From NCBI GenBank assembly GCA_040220235.1, contig JAVJTO010000066.1: DNA of 15,623 nucleotides. One strand, written 5' to 3'. The notes under the pieces were generated by a model. That model did no database searches, was not told the origin of the DNA, and saw nothing but the letters and a program-made list of their open reading frames with translations. The position numbers and the translations under genes were made by a program. Source of the stretch: Coleofasciculus sp. B1-GNL1-01 (lineage in GTDB: Bacteria; Cyanobacteriota; Cyanobacteriia; Cyanobacteriales; Coleofasciculaceae). Positions 7,897 to 15,560 of this stretch are shown piece by piece (the first letter of the stretch is position 1; each line of letters starts with the position of its first letter).

Positions 7897-9513
7897 GTGA
7901 GGATGCTACAACTCCCAGATGTCATGCATCAGCGCTATCAGCTTCAACAAAAGCTGGGTCAGAATGCGAGTCGTCAAACCTGGTTGGCGATGGATCTCTC
8001 GGCGCAACCCAGCCAGCCAGTGATTCTCAAACTCCTCGCTTTTAATCCTCAGATGCAGTGGGAAGACTTGAAACTCTTTGAACGCGAGGCTGAAGTTCTC
8101 CAGCAGTTACAGCATCCTCGAATTTCCCGGTATCGAGATTATTTTTCCCTGGATAAGCAATCAGGAGGCGGCTTACCGTGGTTTGGTCTCGTCCAAGATT
8201 ATATTCCCGGTGCTTCCTTGCAACAATGGCTAAACCAAGGAAAACGCTTTACGGAAGTTCAAGTGCGCCAGATTGCGATAGAGGTTCTGGAAATTCTCGG
8301 TTATTTGCACGCTTTAAATCCACCCGTTCTCCATCGGGATATTAAACCCAGTAACCTGATTTGGGGAGAAGATGAACAGGTGTATCTCGTCGATTTTGGC
8401 GCAGTGCAAGATCAGACGGCGGTTGAAGGCGTAACCTTTACAGTGGTTGGTACGACAGGTTATGCGCCCTTAGAACAGTTTTGGGGTAAAGCTGTCCCTG
8501 CATCTGATTTATACGCTTTGGGAGCAACCTTAATTCATCTGGCTACAGGTGTTGCTCCGGCGGATTTACCCCAACGTCAAATGCGGATTCAATTTAGCCA
8601 GTACACCAGTCTCAATTCTACTTTGGTTCGCTGGATTGCAACCTTAACGGAACCTGAATTAGAGCCACGCTATAGTAGTGCGAGTCAAGCGTTAGAAGAC
8701 TTGAAATCGAATCGGGTGCGCCAGAGTTCCCCACCTGCTACCCGTCAGCCTCTACATTCACGGATTCGCTGGAGAAAATCTCCCCAGCAGTTTCGGATTC
8801 AATTTCCCGCACGCGGCGGGTTATTCACAACGGCGATAAAATTAGGGTTAGGGCGAATTTTGCGGAAAGGTTTCCCCCTGTTTTTAGGTGTGCTAACCCT
8901 TGCCGAGATCGTGATTTTATGGTACTCTAAACTATTATTTAGTCAAGGAAATCCATTATTCTTTGTACTACTAGCGCTGACAATTCTTCTAGGTTGGTTG
9001 GGGACAATTGAATTCCGGGTTCTGAAGCATCTAGAACCGGAACGAGGTGATCAGAAATTGGCAAAATTAGGCGTTACGTTAATTTTTCGGTTAGGGTTGG
9101 GCTTAACGGTGGGACTTGCTGGAATTGGATGCGTACTCTTGGCGCTCATTTCTACCTTTAGTCAGGGTCATCCATCATTCTTTGTTTGGTTAGCGATCGC
9201 GGTTTTATTCGGATGGCTTTTCATCCGAGGGTTTCCCAAACTGGCAACCCTCTCAAATCCAGTCAGTTTTTTCCTGTTTGGACATCATCGTCTTGACTTA
9301 AAACGAGATAGATTGAATATCCAACGCTTTTGGCTAGGGTTATGTTATGACGCTCAAACTCTAGATATTTCCCAGATTGAAACAATTAAAACGATCCCCT
9401 TCCAAGAAATCTTGATTCAAACTGAATCAACTCGTTGTACGGTGGCGCAAGACTTAACCGAACCTGAACGAGACTGGTTAGTTCAGGAAATCAAAGATTG
9501 GCTCAATGAATGA
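7897..9513 (+). CDS. Hanks-type Ser/Thr protein kinase with four-TM C-terminal region
   Basis: VILK, LFEREAEVL, HRDIKPSN, DFG, GTTGYAPLEQ, SDLYALG motifs. Hydrophobic C-terminus ending …LTEPERDWLVQEIKDWL. Start may be ATG 7903. Confidence 0.93.
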   Translation: MRMLQLPDVMHQRYQLQQKLGQNASRQTWLAMDLSAQPSQPVILKLLAFNPQMQWEDLKLFEREAEVLQQLQHPRISRYRDYFSLDKQSGGGLPWFGLVQDYIPGASLQQWLNQGKRFTEVQVRQIAIEVLEILGYLHALNPPVLHRDIKPSNLIWGEDEQVYLVDFGAVQDQTAVEGVTFTVVGTTGYAPLEQFWGKAVPASDLYALGATLIHLATGVAPADLPQRQMRIQFSQYTSLNSTLVRWIATLTEPELEPRYSSASQALEDLKSNRVRQSSPPATRQPLHSRIRWRKSPQQFRIQFPARGGLFTTAIKLGLGRILRKGFPLFLGVLTLAEIVILWYSKLLFSQGNPLFFVLLALTILLGWLGTIEFRVLKHLEPERGDQKLAKLGVTLIFRLGLGLTVGLAGIGCVLLALISTFSQGHPSFFVWLAIAVLFGWLFIRGFPKLATLSNPVSFFLFGHHRLDLKRDRLNIQRFWLGLCYDAQTLDISQIETIKTIPFQEILIQTESTRCTVAQDLTEPERDWLVQEIKDWLNE

Positions 9514-10834
9514 AATGATCAAGGATAACATCATGCTGAATCCCCAACAGATAATCAACGGACGGTATCAACTCAGACAACAGTTAGGACAAAATGCAGG
9601 GCGTCAAACCTGGTTAGCTGAAGACTTAGAAACTCAACCCCAGGAATTAGTTGTGATCAAACTCTTGGCATTTAGTCCCCAAATGCAGTGGGAGGAGTTC
9701 AGACTATTTGAGCGAGAAGCCCAAATTTTGCAGCATTTAGACCATCCAAAAATTCCTCGTTATCGGGATTATTTTTCCATTGAAGAAACCGAATCCGAGT
9801 TGCCTTGGTTTGGATTAGTTCAACAATATATTCCCGGTTTATCTCTACGCCAACGGTTAGACCAAGGTCATAATTTTAGTGAAGCTGAAGCCCAAAAGAT
9901 TGCCACGGATATTTTAACCATTCTCATCTATCTCCATGAACTCAGTCCACCTGTGCTGCATCGAGATATCAAGCCAAGTAATTTAATTGTAGATGAGCAA
10001 GGACAGGTTTATTTAGTTGATTTTGGGGCAGTACAAGACCGAGCCAAGGCAGAAGGGGCAACGTTTACGGTAGTAGGAACCAGTGGTTATGCGGCTCCCG
10101 AACAACTGTGGGGACGAGCAGTGGCGGCGTCTGATTTGTATTCGTTGGGTGCTACATTAATTCATTTAATTACAGGGATAGCTCCGGCTGATTTACCTCA
10201 GCAGAATTTACGCTTACAATTTACTGATAGAGTCAACCTTAATCCCCGATTTAGCTATTGGTTAGAAAAGTTAATTGACCCCGCCACAGAACAACGATTT
10301 AGTAGCGCTCGTCAAGCGTTAGAGTCATTGACAGCAGCGGTTGCTCCTGAAAATTCGACGAATCAGCCGTCGATTAGTCCGGGGGTAGTTTTTAGTGTTA
10401 TTGCTGTTTTGATTGCAGTTGTCGCTGGCGGGATGAGTGTTTATTTCCCTATCGCAAATTATTTGACGAGTCAACAAAGTAAAACAGACAAAGAAATCGA
10501 ATCTTTTCTAAGTATTTATGCTTCGCCCATAATTGATGTGCAGTTACTTAAAGAATTGGCATATTGTGCTGAAATTAATGCCCAAAACAGTGAAGTTGAG
10601 CCAAGAGTTATAGGAAAAAATAGGTCGAGAATACCATCATATATGGATAAAAACAACACAGATAGCAATAATAAAACTATCATCAATATATATATGTCAG
10701 GAAGTTTTAAAGAACGCTCTTTAGAGGAACAAGTAAACTTATCTTTATCCGAAACAAAGCCAATAAACTCTGTTCATCAAACAGATATATTGTCAAAAAA
10801 AGCAATAGAATGTCAAAATAAAGATAATCATTGA
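9506..10834 (+). CDS. Hanks-type Ser/Thr protein kinase with single TM and a pilin-like extracytoplasmic domain interrupted by TGA
   Basis: VVIK, HRDIKPSN, DFG, GTSGYAAPEQ, SDLYSLG; TM VVFSVIAVLIAVVAGGMSVYFPI. Likely true start is ATG 9533 (AAGGA at 9521-9525; aligns with the kinase 1 start). Confidence 0.9.
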   Translation: MNEMIKDNIMLNPQQIINGRYQLRQQLGQNAGRQTWLAEDLETQPQELVVIKLLAFSPQMQWEEFRLFEREAQILQHLDHPKIPRYRDYFSIEETESELPWFGLVQQYIPGLSLRQRLDQGHNFSEAEAQKIATDILTILIYLHELSPPVLHRDIKPSNLIVDEQGQVYLVDFGAVQDRAKAEGATFTVVGTSGYAAPEQLWGRAVAASDLYSLGATLIHLITGIAPADLPQQNLRLQFTDRVNLNPRFSYWLEKLIDPATEQRFSSARQALESLTAAVAPENSTNQPSISPGVVFSVIAVLIAVVAGGMSVYFPIANYLTSQQSKTDKEIESFLSIYASPIIDVQLLKELAYCAEINAQNSEVEPRVIGKNRSRIPSYMDKNNTDSNNKTIINIYMSGSFKERSLEEQVNLSLSETKPINSVHQTDILSKKAIECQNKDNH

Positions 10835-11074
10835 TACTATAGCGGTTCAATATCTCGCCAGGATAACTTGAGAAGTTATGTAGGATTTGTTGTTGATACA
10901 AGACCTGCACCGATGATAGAAGTAACAACATTTGCAATTTTATGTCAAGCAGACAATCCAGGTACTATCTCTCCTGCAATCCCAAATTATCAGAATGGTC
11001 AATTAGCGTGTGCTAATGGCACAAGAAATATTGAAACGATGGCATCCATTGTTAATTCAGATATTTCATACTAA
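10835..11074 (+). pseudogene. In-frame continuation of kinase 2: C-terminal half of a type IV pilin-like G/H (Pilin_GH) domain
   Basis: Same frame as 9506. It reads *YYSGSISRQDNLRSYVGFV…TTFAILCQADNPGTISPAIPNYQNGQLACANGT, i.e. the L.SYVG / AILC…PG…P…C..GT two-Cys pattern recalled for Pilin_GH. Confidence 0.7.
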
Positions 11075-11149
11075 CGCGAGTCTAGTAGACCACGATATCC
11101 CAAATAAAGGTAGATAGACACAATAAAACAATAAAATTTAATTTTAATG

Positions 11150-11596
11150 TTAAATGGATGACTTAATGAATTTGAGCATCTTCACATGAGCAATACCTGC
11201 TTCATAAAACTTTTCTCCTTCGGATACAAAGCCGAGTTTTAGATAAAGAGATTTCACATAATCTTGAGCGTGAATAACCACTGTATTGATTTGCTTGTTG
11301 GCAGCAATTTCTAGAGCTTTTTCCATCAATAGCTTACCGATTCCTCGTCCTCGGAACTCTGGCAAAACAGCGAGGCGTTCAATTTTAGCGGTTTGATGAT
11401 CCAGATATCTTACCCTGACGGTTCCCACAGGCTGATTCTCGACATACGCCAGAATATGATCGGCGGTTTCATCTTTGCCATCCAAATCTAAGGCTGGATC
11501 AACACCTTGTTCAATGTGAAAAACCGAGCGTCTCACCCCTTGAATAGCGGCGGAATATTCTTTATAATTAACAGTCTTGAACGTGATATGGCTCAT
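11150..11596 (-). CDS. GNAT family N-acetyltransferase (YjcF/ElaA-like), 148 aa
   Basis: VRRSVFHIEQGV…LDLDGKD, KIERLAVLPEFRGRGIGKLLM (acetyl-CoA motif A), HAQ…LYLKLGF…FYEAGIAHVKM. ATG 11596 preferred because the 11674 start lies inside a REP element. Confidence 0.92.
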   Translation of the reverse strand: MSHITFKTVNYKEYSAAIQGVRRSVFHIEQGVDPALDLDGKDETADHILAYVENQPVGTVRVRYLDHQTAKIERLAVLPEFRGRGIGKLLMEKALEIAANKQINTVVIHAQDYVKSLYLKLGFVSEGEKFYEAGIAHVKMLKFIKSSI

Positions 11597-11657
11597 CGCG
11601 ATCGCTCTATCGTTCGTAGTCAGGGATGCAAGCCTATTCACGGTAACAATTTGAGTC

Positions 11658-11720
11658 AAGGGCGACCCGAACAAATTGAGTGGACACCATTGTTAATTAA
11701 TGCAAGCGGGTCGCCCCTAC
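11658..11720. repeat. REP/REPIN-like inverted-repeat element (GTAGGGGCGACCCG family)
   Basis: GGGCGACCCG 11660-11669 and CGGGTCGCCC 11707-11716 form a perfect 10-bp IR, followed by CTAC. Confidence 0.8.
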
Positions 11721-11808
11721 AGCAGAATAACCGCACCAGCAAATAGCTTGATCAACTGTGCAATTTACCCATTATGGCAAGGGCAAGGAAATGCGTTAAC
11801 CACTTACC

Positions 11809-12852
11809 CTAATTCTTCAAGAATTGAATAAGCTGTTCCAATTTCGACCAAGCCGCCCCACTTTTGAGAATATCCTTTGCCTGTTCAATTCCAGCTTGGT
11901 GATCCTCCAACGCCACAACCCCAGCCACTTGCAGCGCTAAGGAAGTATTTAACGCCACCACATCCTGTTGGGCAGCAGTTCCTTTCCCCTGTAAAACATT
12001 CGTTAAAATGTCCACATTGTCCGCCACATCGCCGCCACGCAACGCCCCTGTTGGTGCTGATGTTAAGCCCAACTGTTGCGGATTCAGCGTAGACAGTCGC
12101 ACCCCACCATCAGATAAAAGTGCCAAGTCGGTTTCGTCAGCCAATCCCGCTTCATCTAGGTTTTCTCGTCCATGTAGGACAATTCCCTGATCAATTCCCA
12201 TTTGTTTTAACGCATGGGCAACTGTTGATACGACGTTAGCGTCAAATACGCCAATCACTTGACCTGTGGGGCGCAATGGATTGACTAGAGGTCCTAACAG
12301 ATTAAATACCGTCCGCACCTTCAGGGTTTGTCGCAATGGGGCTACCGCTTTCATGGCGGGGTGCCATCCCCGGGCAAACAGAAACGTGACTCCCACCTCA
12401 TCCAAGGCGGACTGGACTTTTTCTGGTGGGGCAGATAAATTGACGCCCAACGCCTCTAAAACATCGGCTGAACCCACTTTCGAGGAGGCTGAACGGTTCC
12501 CATGTTTGGCAACCCGTACACCCGCCGCCGCCGCGACAAAAGCTACAGCCGTCGATATATTAAAAGTGGATGCACCATCGCCGCCTGTGCCACAGGTATC
12601 AATAATTGGTGTTTTATGGTCAATGGCGTCCTGCTGTAAGGATTGCTCCTGCAAGACTTGAGCCATTCCTGCCAATTCGGATGGAGAGACGCCTTTTGCC
12701 TGAATCGCAGCCAGAATTGCCCCCGATAACACTGGCGGAATGTCCTCGTTGAGCCATCCCTGCATCAGTTGTGAGGCTTGGTCACGGGATAATGATTGTC
12801 CGTCGAGGATCTGTTGCAGCAGGTTAGACCAGTTAGTAGGAGTTTGGATCAT
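11809..12852 (-). CDS. trpD: Anthranilate phosphoribosyltransferase
   Basis: [60 protein letters not shown] motifs. Confidence 0.98.
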   Translation of the reverse strand: MIQTPTNWSNLLQQILDGQSLSRDQASQLMQGWLNEDIPPVLSGAILAAIQAKGVSPSELAGMAQVLQEQSLQQDAIDHKTPIIDTCGTGGDGASTFNISTAVAFVAAAAGVRVAKHGNRSASSKVGSADVLEALGVNLSAPPEKVQSALDEVGVTFLFARGWHPAMKAVAPLRQTLKVRTVFNLLGPLVNPLRPTGQVIGVFDANVVSTVAHALKQMGIDQGIVLHGRENLDEAGLADETDLALLSDGGVRLSTLNPQQLGLTSAPTGALRGGDVADNVDILTNVLQGKGTAAQQDVVALNTSLALQVAGVVALEDHQAGIEQAKDILKSGAAWSKLEQLIQFLKN

Positions 12853-13005
12853 GGGTTGATGTTTATCTGGAAAAATAGGAGCTTGGTGAATGGCGGCTAT
12901 GAAAAAGTGTAATATCGTACCGGATATTATGGAGGGTGATTACTGGACTAAATAATCTAAACAAATATAAAGAAAGATTTATATTAGAGTACAAGCGTTA
13001 ACATC

Positions 13006-13070
13006 CTCTCCCTGCCGCTCTGTTCCCCTGCTCCCCTGCCTCTTTGCTCCCCTGCCCCCTGCTCTCCTAC
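13006..13070. repeat. Degenerate CTCCCCTG(C) 8-9-mer tandem repeat
   Basis: ctctccctgc cgctctgt tcccctgc tcccctgc ctctttgc tcccctgc cccctgc tctcctac. Confidence 0.75.
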
Positions 13071-13117
13071 ACCTGTACAGGTTTAATCGAAAACGTTTCC
13101 ATCTTCTGAATGTTATC

Positions 13118-15196
13118 ATGAGCATTCAAAAACCTGACGGCACATTAACTGAGTTTAGCGTTAACTCAAAACCCTTGTTTCATTCCAATCCCACCCGACC
13201 CAATACAGCTAGAACCTCTGTTGTGGACACTCCACCCAGACCTGTCGAGGCACAGCTAAATGAATGTGAAGACCGCTTCCGCGCTAGCTTTGAGCAAGCG
13301 ACAGTTGGCATCAAACACGTATCGACGGATGGCAAAGTCATTCAGGTCAACCCCAAATTTTGTGAGATTGTTGGTTATACCCGTGATCAAGTTCTCACCT
13401 GCACCTGGCAAGACCTAACCCATCCTGATGACTGGGCAAGCGATCGCGCGATAATGGAGTTACTCTTAGCGGGGACTCTAGACTGTCACTGCCAACAAAA
13501 ACGCTACCGACACCGAGATGGCAGCATTGTCTGGGTGCAAATTACCCTATCCTTAGTGCGAACGCCTCAAGGAGATCCGAAATACTTTTTGCTCGTCGTT
13601 CAAGATATGAGCGCTCGTCAAACGGCTGAATCGGCGTTGCAGCCAGAAGAAACCTGGCGCGAAAAAGCTCACCGCGAAGCCTTGCTCAATCGCCTCTCGA
13701 CGCAAATCCGCAATAGTTTAGACGTAGATACGATTCTGGAAACAACGGTACTGGAAATCCGCCAGCTATTGCGAATCGATCGCTGTCAGTTTATCCGATA
13801 TCATACTGAGCAAACGCCAGCTTATTGGAAAGTTGTCACAGAAGATCGAGAGTCTCAGCTTCCCGATTTGACAGACTGCTATTGGGCGGATACCAACGCC
13901 GTTCTCACCCAGCAGATATTACATCTGGACATTGTACGGGTTGATACCGTTGAAACGGTGAGCGATCCATTATTGCAGGAATTTATGCGATCGCTCGACT
14001 ATCAGTCTCTCTTGCTTATCCCCCTGGAAACCCCGTCCGGAATTACCGGGATCATTAGTTGCAGCCACACTCAGGCAACTCGCCCTTGGACAGATAGCGA
14101 AGTTGAACTCCTGCAAGCGGTGATTAGTCAACTGCTCATGGCGCTCCAACAGGCTGAACTTTACGCCGCTAACTGTCGAGCCACAGAACACGCCCGCAAA
14201 CAAGCCGCCCAATTATCCAAAGCACTCCACGATTTGCAGCGCACCCAATCTCAGTTGATCCAAAGCGAAAAAATGTCCAGTTTGGGTCAACTCGTGGCAG
14301 GTATTGCTCACGAAATTAACAATCCGGTCAATTTTATTTACGGCAATCTGATTTATGCCCAAGAATATTATCAAGACCTCATCGCCCTAGTGCAACTTTA
14401 CCGCACCGCTTATCCTAATCCTCCCTCTGTGATTAAAGAGCGGATGGATAGCATTGATTTGGACTTTATCTTAACCGACTTCGCCAAACTTCAATATTCG
14501 ATGAAAGTTGGCGCTGAACGGATTCGGGAAATTGTGCAATCGTTGCGGACGTTTTCTCGTTTAGACGAGTCAGGGCGCAAGACAATAGACATTCATTCGG
14601 GTATTGAAAGTGCTTTGATGATTTTGCAATATCGACTCAAGGGGAATCCGGGAGCAGAAGAAATCTGTGTGATTAAAGAATATGAAAATTTACCTCCAGT
14701 CGATTGTTGGCCCGGACAGTTAAATCAAGTGTTCATGAATATTTTGACGAATGCGATTGACGCGCTCGAGGACAAGGAAAATTTTGATTCGTCTCAAAGG
14801 GAGGCGGAGTTTTCCCAGGATACTGTCTTATTTTCACCAACGATTACGATTCGTACAGGTCTTAGTCAAACGGACTCCGCACACCCCTCAATAACGGATG
14901 GTTTAACCGAGGAAGGCTCTAGCGGAAAAATGGATAATTCTCAACCGGACAATCCTTGTGTTTTTATCCGCATTGCGGATAATGGAATCGGGATGAGTCC
15001 GCAGACCAAAAAACGGCTATTTGATCCCTTTTTTACTACAAAACCTGTAGGTTTAGGGACGGGTTTAGGGTTGGCGGTTAGTTACCAAATTGTTGTTGAA
15101 AAGCATGGCGGTAAACTGTGGTGTAATTCGACCCCTGACCAAGGGGCTGAGTTTGTGGTTGAGATTCCTATACGACAACCGCCGCACAAGCGGTGA
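13118..15196 (+). CDS. Cytoplasmic PAS/PAC-GAF sensor histidine kinase
   Basis: PAS (FRASFEQATVGI…THPDD…KRYRHRDGSIVWVQITLS); GAF (IRNSLDVDTILETTV.EIRQLLRIDRC…WTDSEVELL); H-box EKMSSLGQLVAGIAHEINNP; N-box LNQVFMNILTNAIDA; DNGIGM, FDPFFTTKPVGLGTGLGL. Confidence 0.96.
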   Translation: MSIQKPDGTLTEFSVNSKPLFHSNPTRPNTARTSVVDTPPRPVEAQLNECEDRFRASFEQATVGIKHVSTDGKVIQVNPKFCEIVGYTRDQVLTCTWQDLTHPDDWASDRAIMELLLAGTLDCHCQQKRYRHRDGSIVWVQITLSLVRTPQGDPKYFLLVVQDMSARQTAESALQPEETWREKAHREALLNRLSTQIRNSLDVDTILETTVLEIRQLLRIDRCQFIRYHTEQTPAYWKVVTEDRESQLPDLTDCYWADTNAVLTQQILHLDIVRVDTVETVSDPLLQEFMRSLDYQSLLLIPLETPSGITGIISCSHTQATRPWTDSEVELLQAVISQLLMALQQAELYAANCRATEHARKQAAQLSKALHDLQRTQSQLIQSEKMSSLGQLVAGIAHEINNPVNFIYGNLIYAQEYYQDLIALVQLYRTAYPNPPSVIKERMDSIDLDFILTDFAKLQYSMKVGAERIREIVQSLRTFSRLDESGRKTIDIHSGIESALMILQYRLKGNPGAEEICVIKEYENLPPVDCWPGQLNQVFMNILTNAIDALEDKENFDSSQREAEFSQDTVLFSPTITIRTGLSQTDSAHPSITDGLTEEGSSGKMDNSQPDNPCVFIRIADNGIGMSPQTKKRLFDPFFTTKPVGLGTGLGLAVSYQIVVEKHGGKLWCNSTPDQGAEFVVEIPIRQPPHKR

Positions 15197-15210
15197 TTGG
15201 GGAAAATTGA

Positions 15211-15366
15211 TCCGGTTCCCTCCTTTTGAAGGGGATTCCAGTTTCCTCCTTTTGAAGGGGATTCCAGTTTCCTCCTTTTGAAGGGGATTCCAGTTCCCTC
15301 CTTTTGAAGGGGATTCCAGTTCCCTCCTTTTGAAGGGGATTCCAGTTCCCCCCTTTTGAAGGGGGG
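15211..15366. repeat. 26-bp tandem repeat, five full copies plus a sixth variant copy
   Basis: Unit TCCAGTTYCCTCCTTTTGAAGGGGAT at 15211, 15237, 15263, 15289, 15315, with the variant at 15341. No spacers. Confidence 0.95.
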
Positions 15367-15466
15367 CTAGGGGGGATCTCTTCTCAAGTAGCGATTATTT
15401 CACATCAGTTTATGGATTTCTCTGTTCAGTTTAGATCCCCCTAAATCCCCCTTAAAAAGGGGAACT
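15344..15466. repeat. Cyanobacterial CCCCCTTxxxAAGGGGG inverted-repeat pair (REPIN/MITE-like)
   Basis: AGTTCCCCCCTTTTGAAGGGGGGCTAGGGGGGATCT (15344-15379) and AGATCCCCCTAAATCCCCCTTAAAAAGGGGAACT (15433-15466) are imperfect reverse complements. Confidence 0.85.
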
Positions 15467-15513
15467 TTGAGTTTATTAATTTGGCTCTTTCAGACTAGCT
15501 ATGATAAATTACT

Positions 15514-15560
15514 AAAAAATAATCTCCATAATCCTTGCTACGCAAGAATCATGGAGATTA
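15514..15560 (-). terminator. Probable intrinsic terminator for a minus-strand transcript entering from the right
   Basis: Minus strand: 19-bp stem TAATCTCCATGATTCTTGC-gta-GCAAGGATTATGGAGATTA followed by T6. Both non-Watson-Crick pairs are G-U only on this strand. Confidence 0.7.

Larger units (their letters stand above)
948..13994. repeat. Dispersed HIP1 octamers GCGATCGC (at least 11)
   Basis: Starts at 948, 1844, 3295, 5146, 6161, 6880, 7710, 9193, 11598, 13440, 13987 (manual count). Confidence 0.9.

Noticed and set aside
10832..10880. Selenocysteine recoding of the in-frame TGA
   Set aside because: No convincing SECIS hairpin after the TGA, no redox motif context, and the Sec trait is generally absent from cyanobacteria.
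7897..11074. Diversity-generating retroelement acting on the kinase tips
   Set aside because: No reverse transcriptase and no TR/VR pair differing only at adenines. The similarity between the kinases is ordinary paralogy with many synonymous changes.
11507..12661. Plus-strand ORFs 11507-11746, 11877-12092, 12008-12190 and 12266-12661
   Set aside because: Antisense to GNAT/trpD; no independent evidence.
12853..12960. trp attenuator / leader peptide upstream of trpD
   Set aside because: No Trp-rich leader ORF or terminator/antiterminator hairpins seen on the minus strand.
12908..13001. NtcA (GTA-N8-TAC) or LexA boxes upstream of trpD
   Set aside because: GTAatatcgTAC has N6 spacing, and AGTACaagCGTTA misses two consensus positions.
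13700..14160. Cyanobacteriochrome (bilin-binding) GAF in the histidine kinase
   Set aside because: Lacks the conserved CH chromophore-attachment motif (reads DPLLQEFM at that position) and has no DXCF motif.
1714..15281. Other small overlapping ORFs (1714-1983, 6066-6251, 6713-6925, 10707-10937, 13970-14212, 15090-15281)
   Set aside because: Alternative-frame or antisense overlaps of well-supported genes. 15090-15281 is partly translated tandem repeat.
15211..15366. CRISPR array
   Set aside because: The repeats are contiguous with no unique spacers, there are no cas genes in the window, and the unit derives from the adjacent dispersed repeat.
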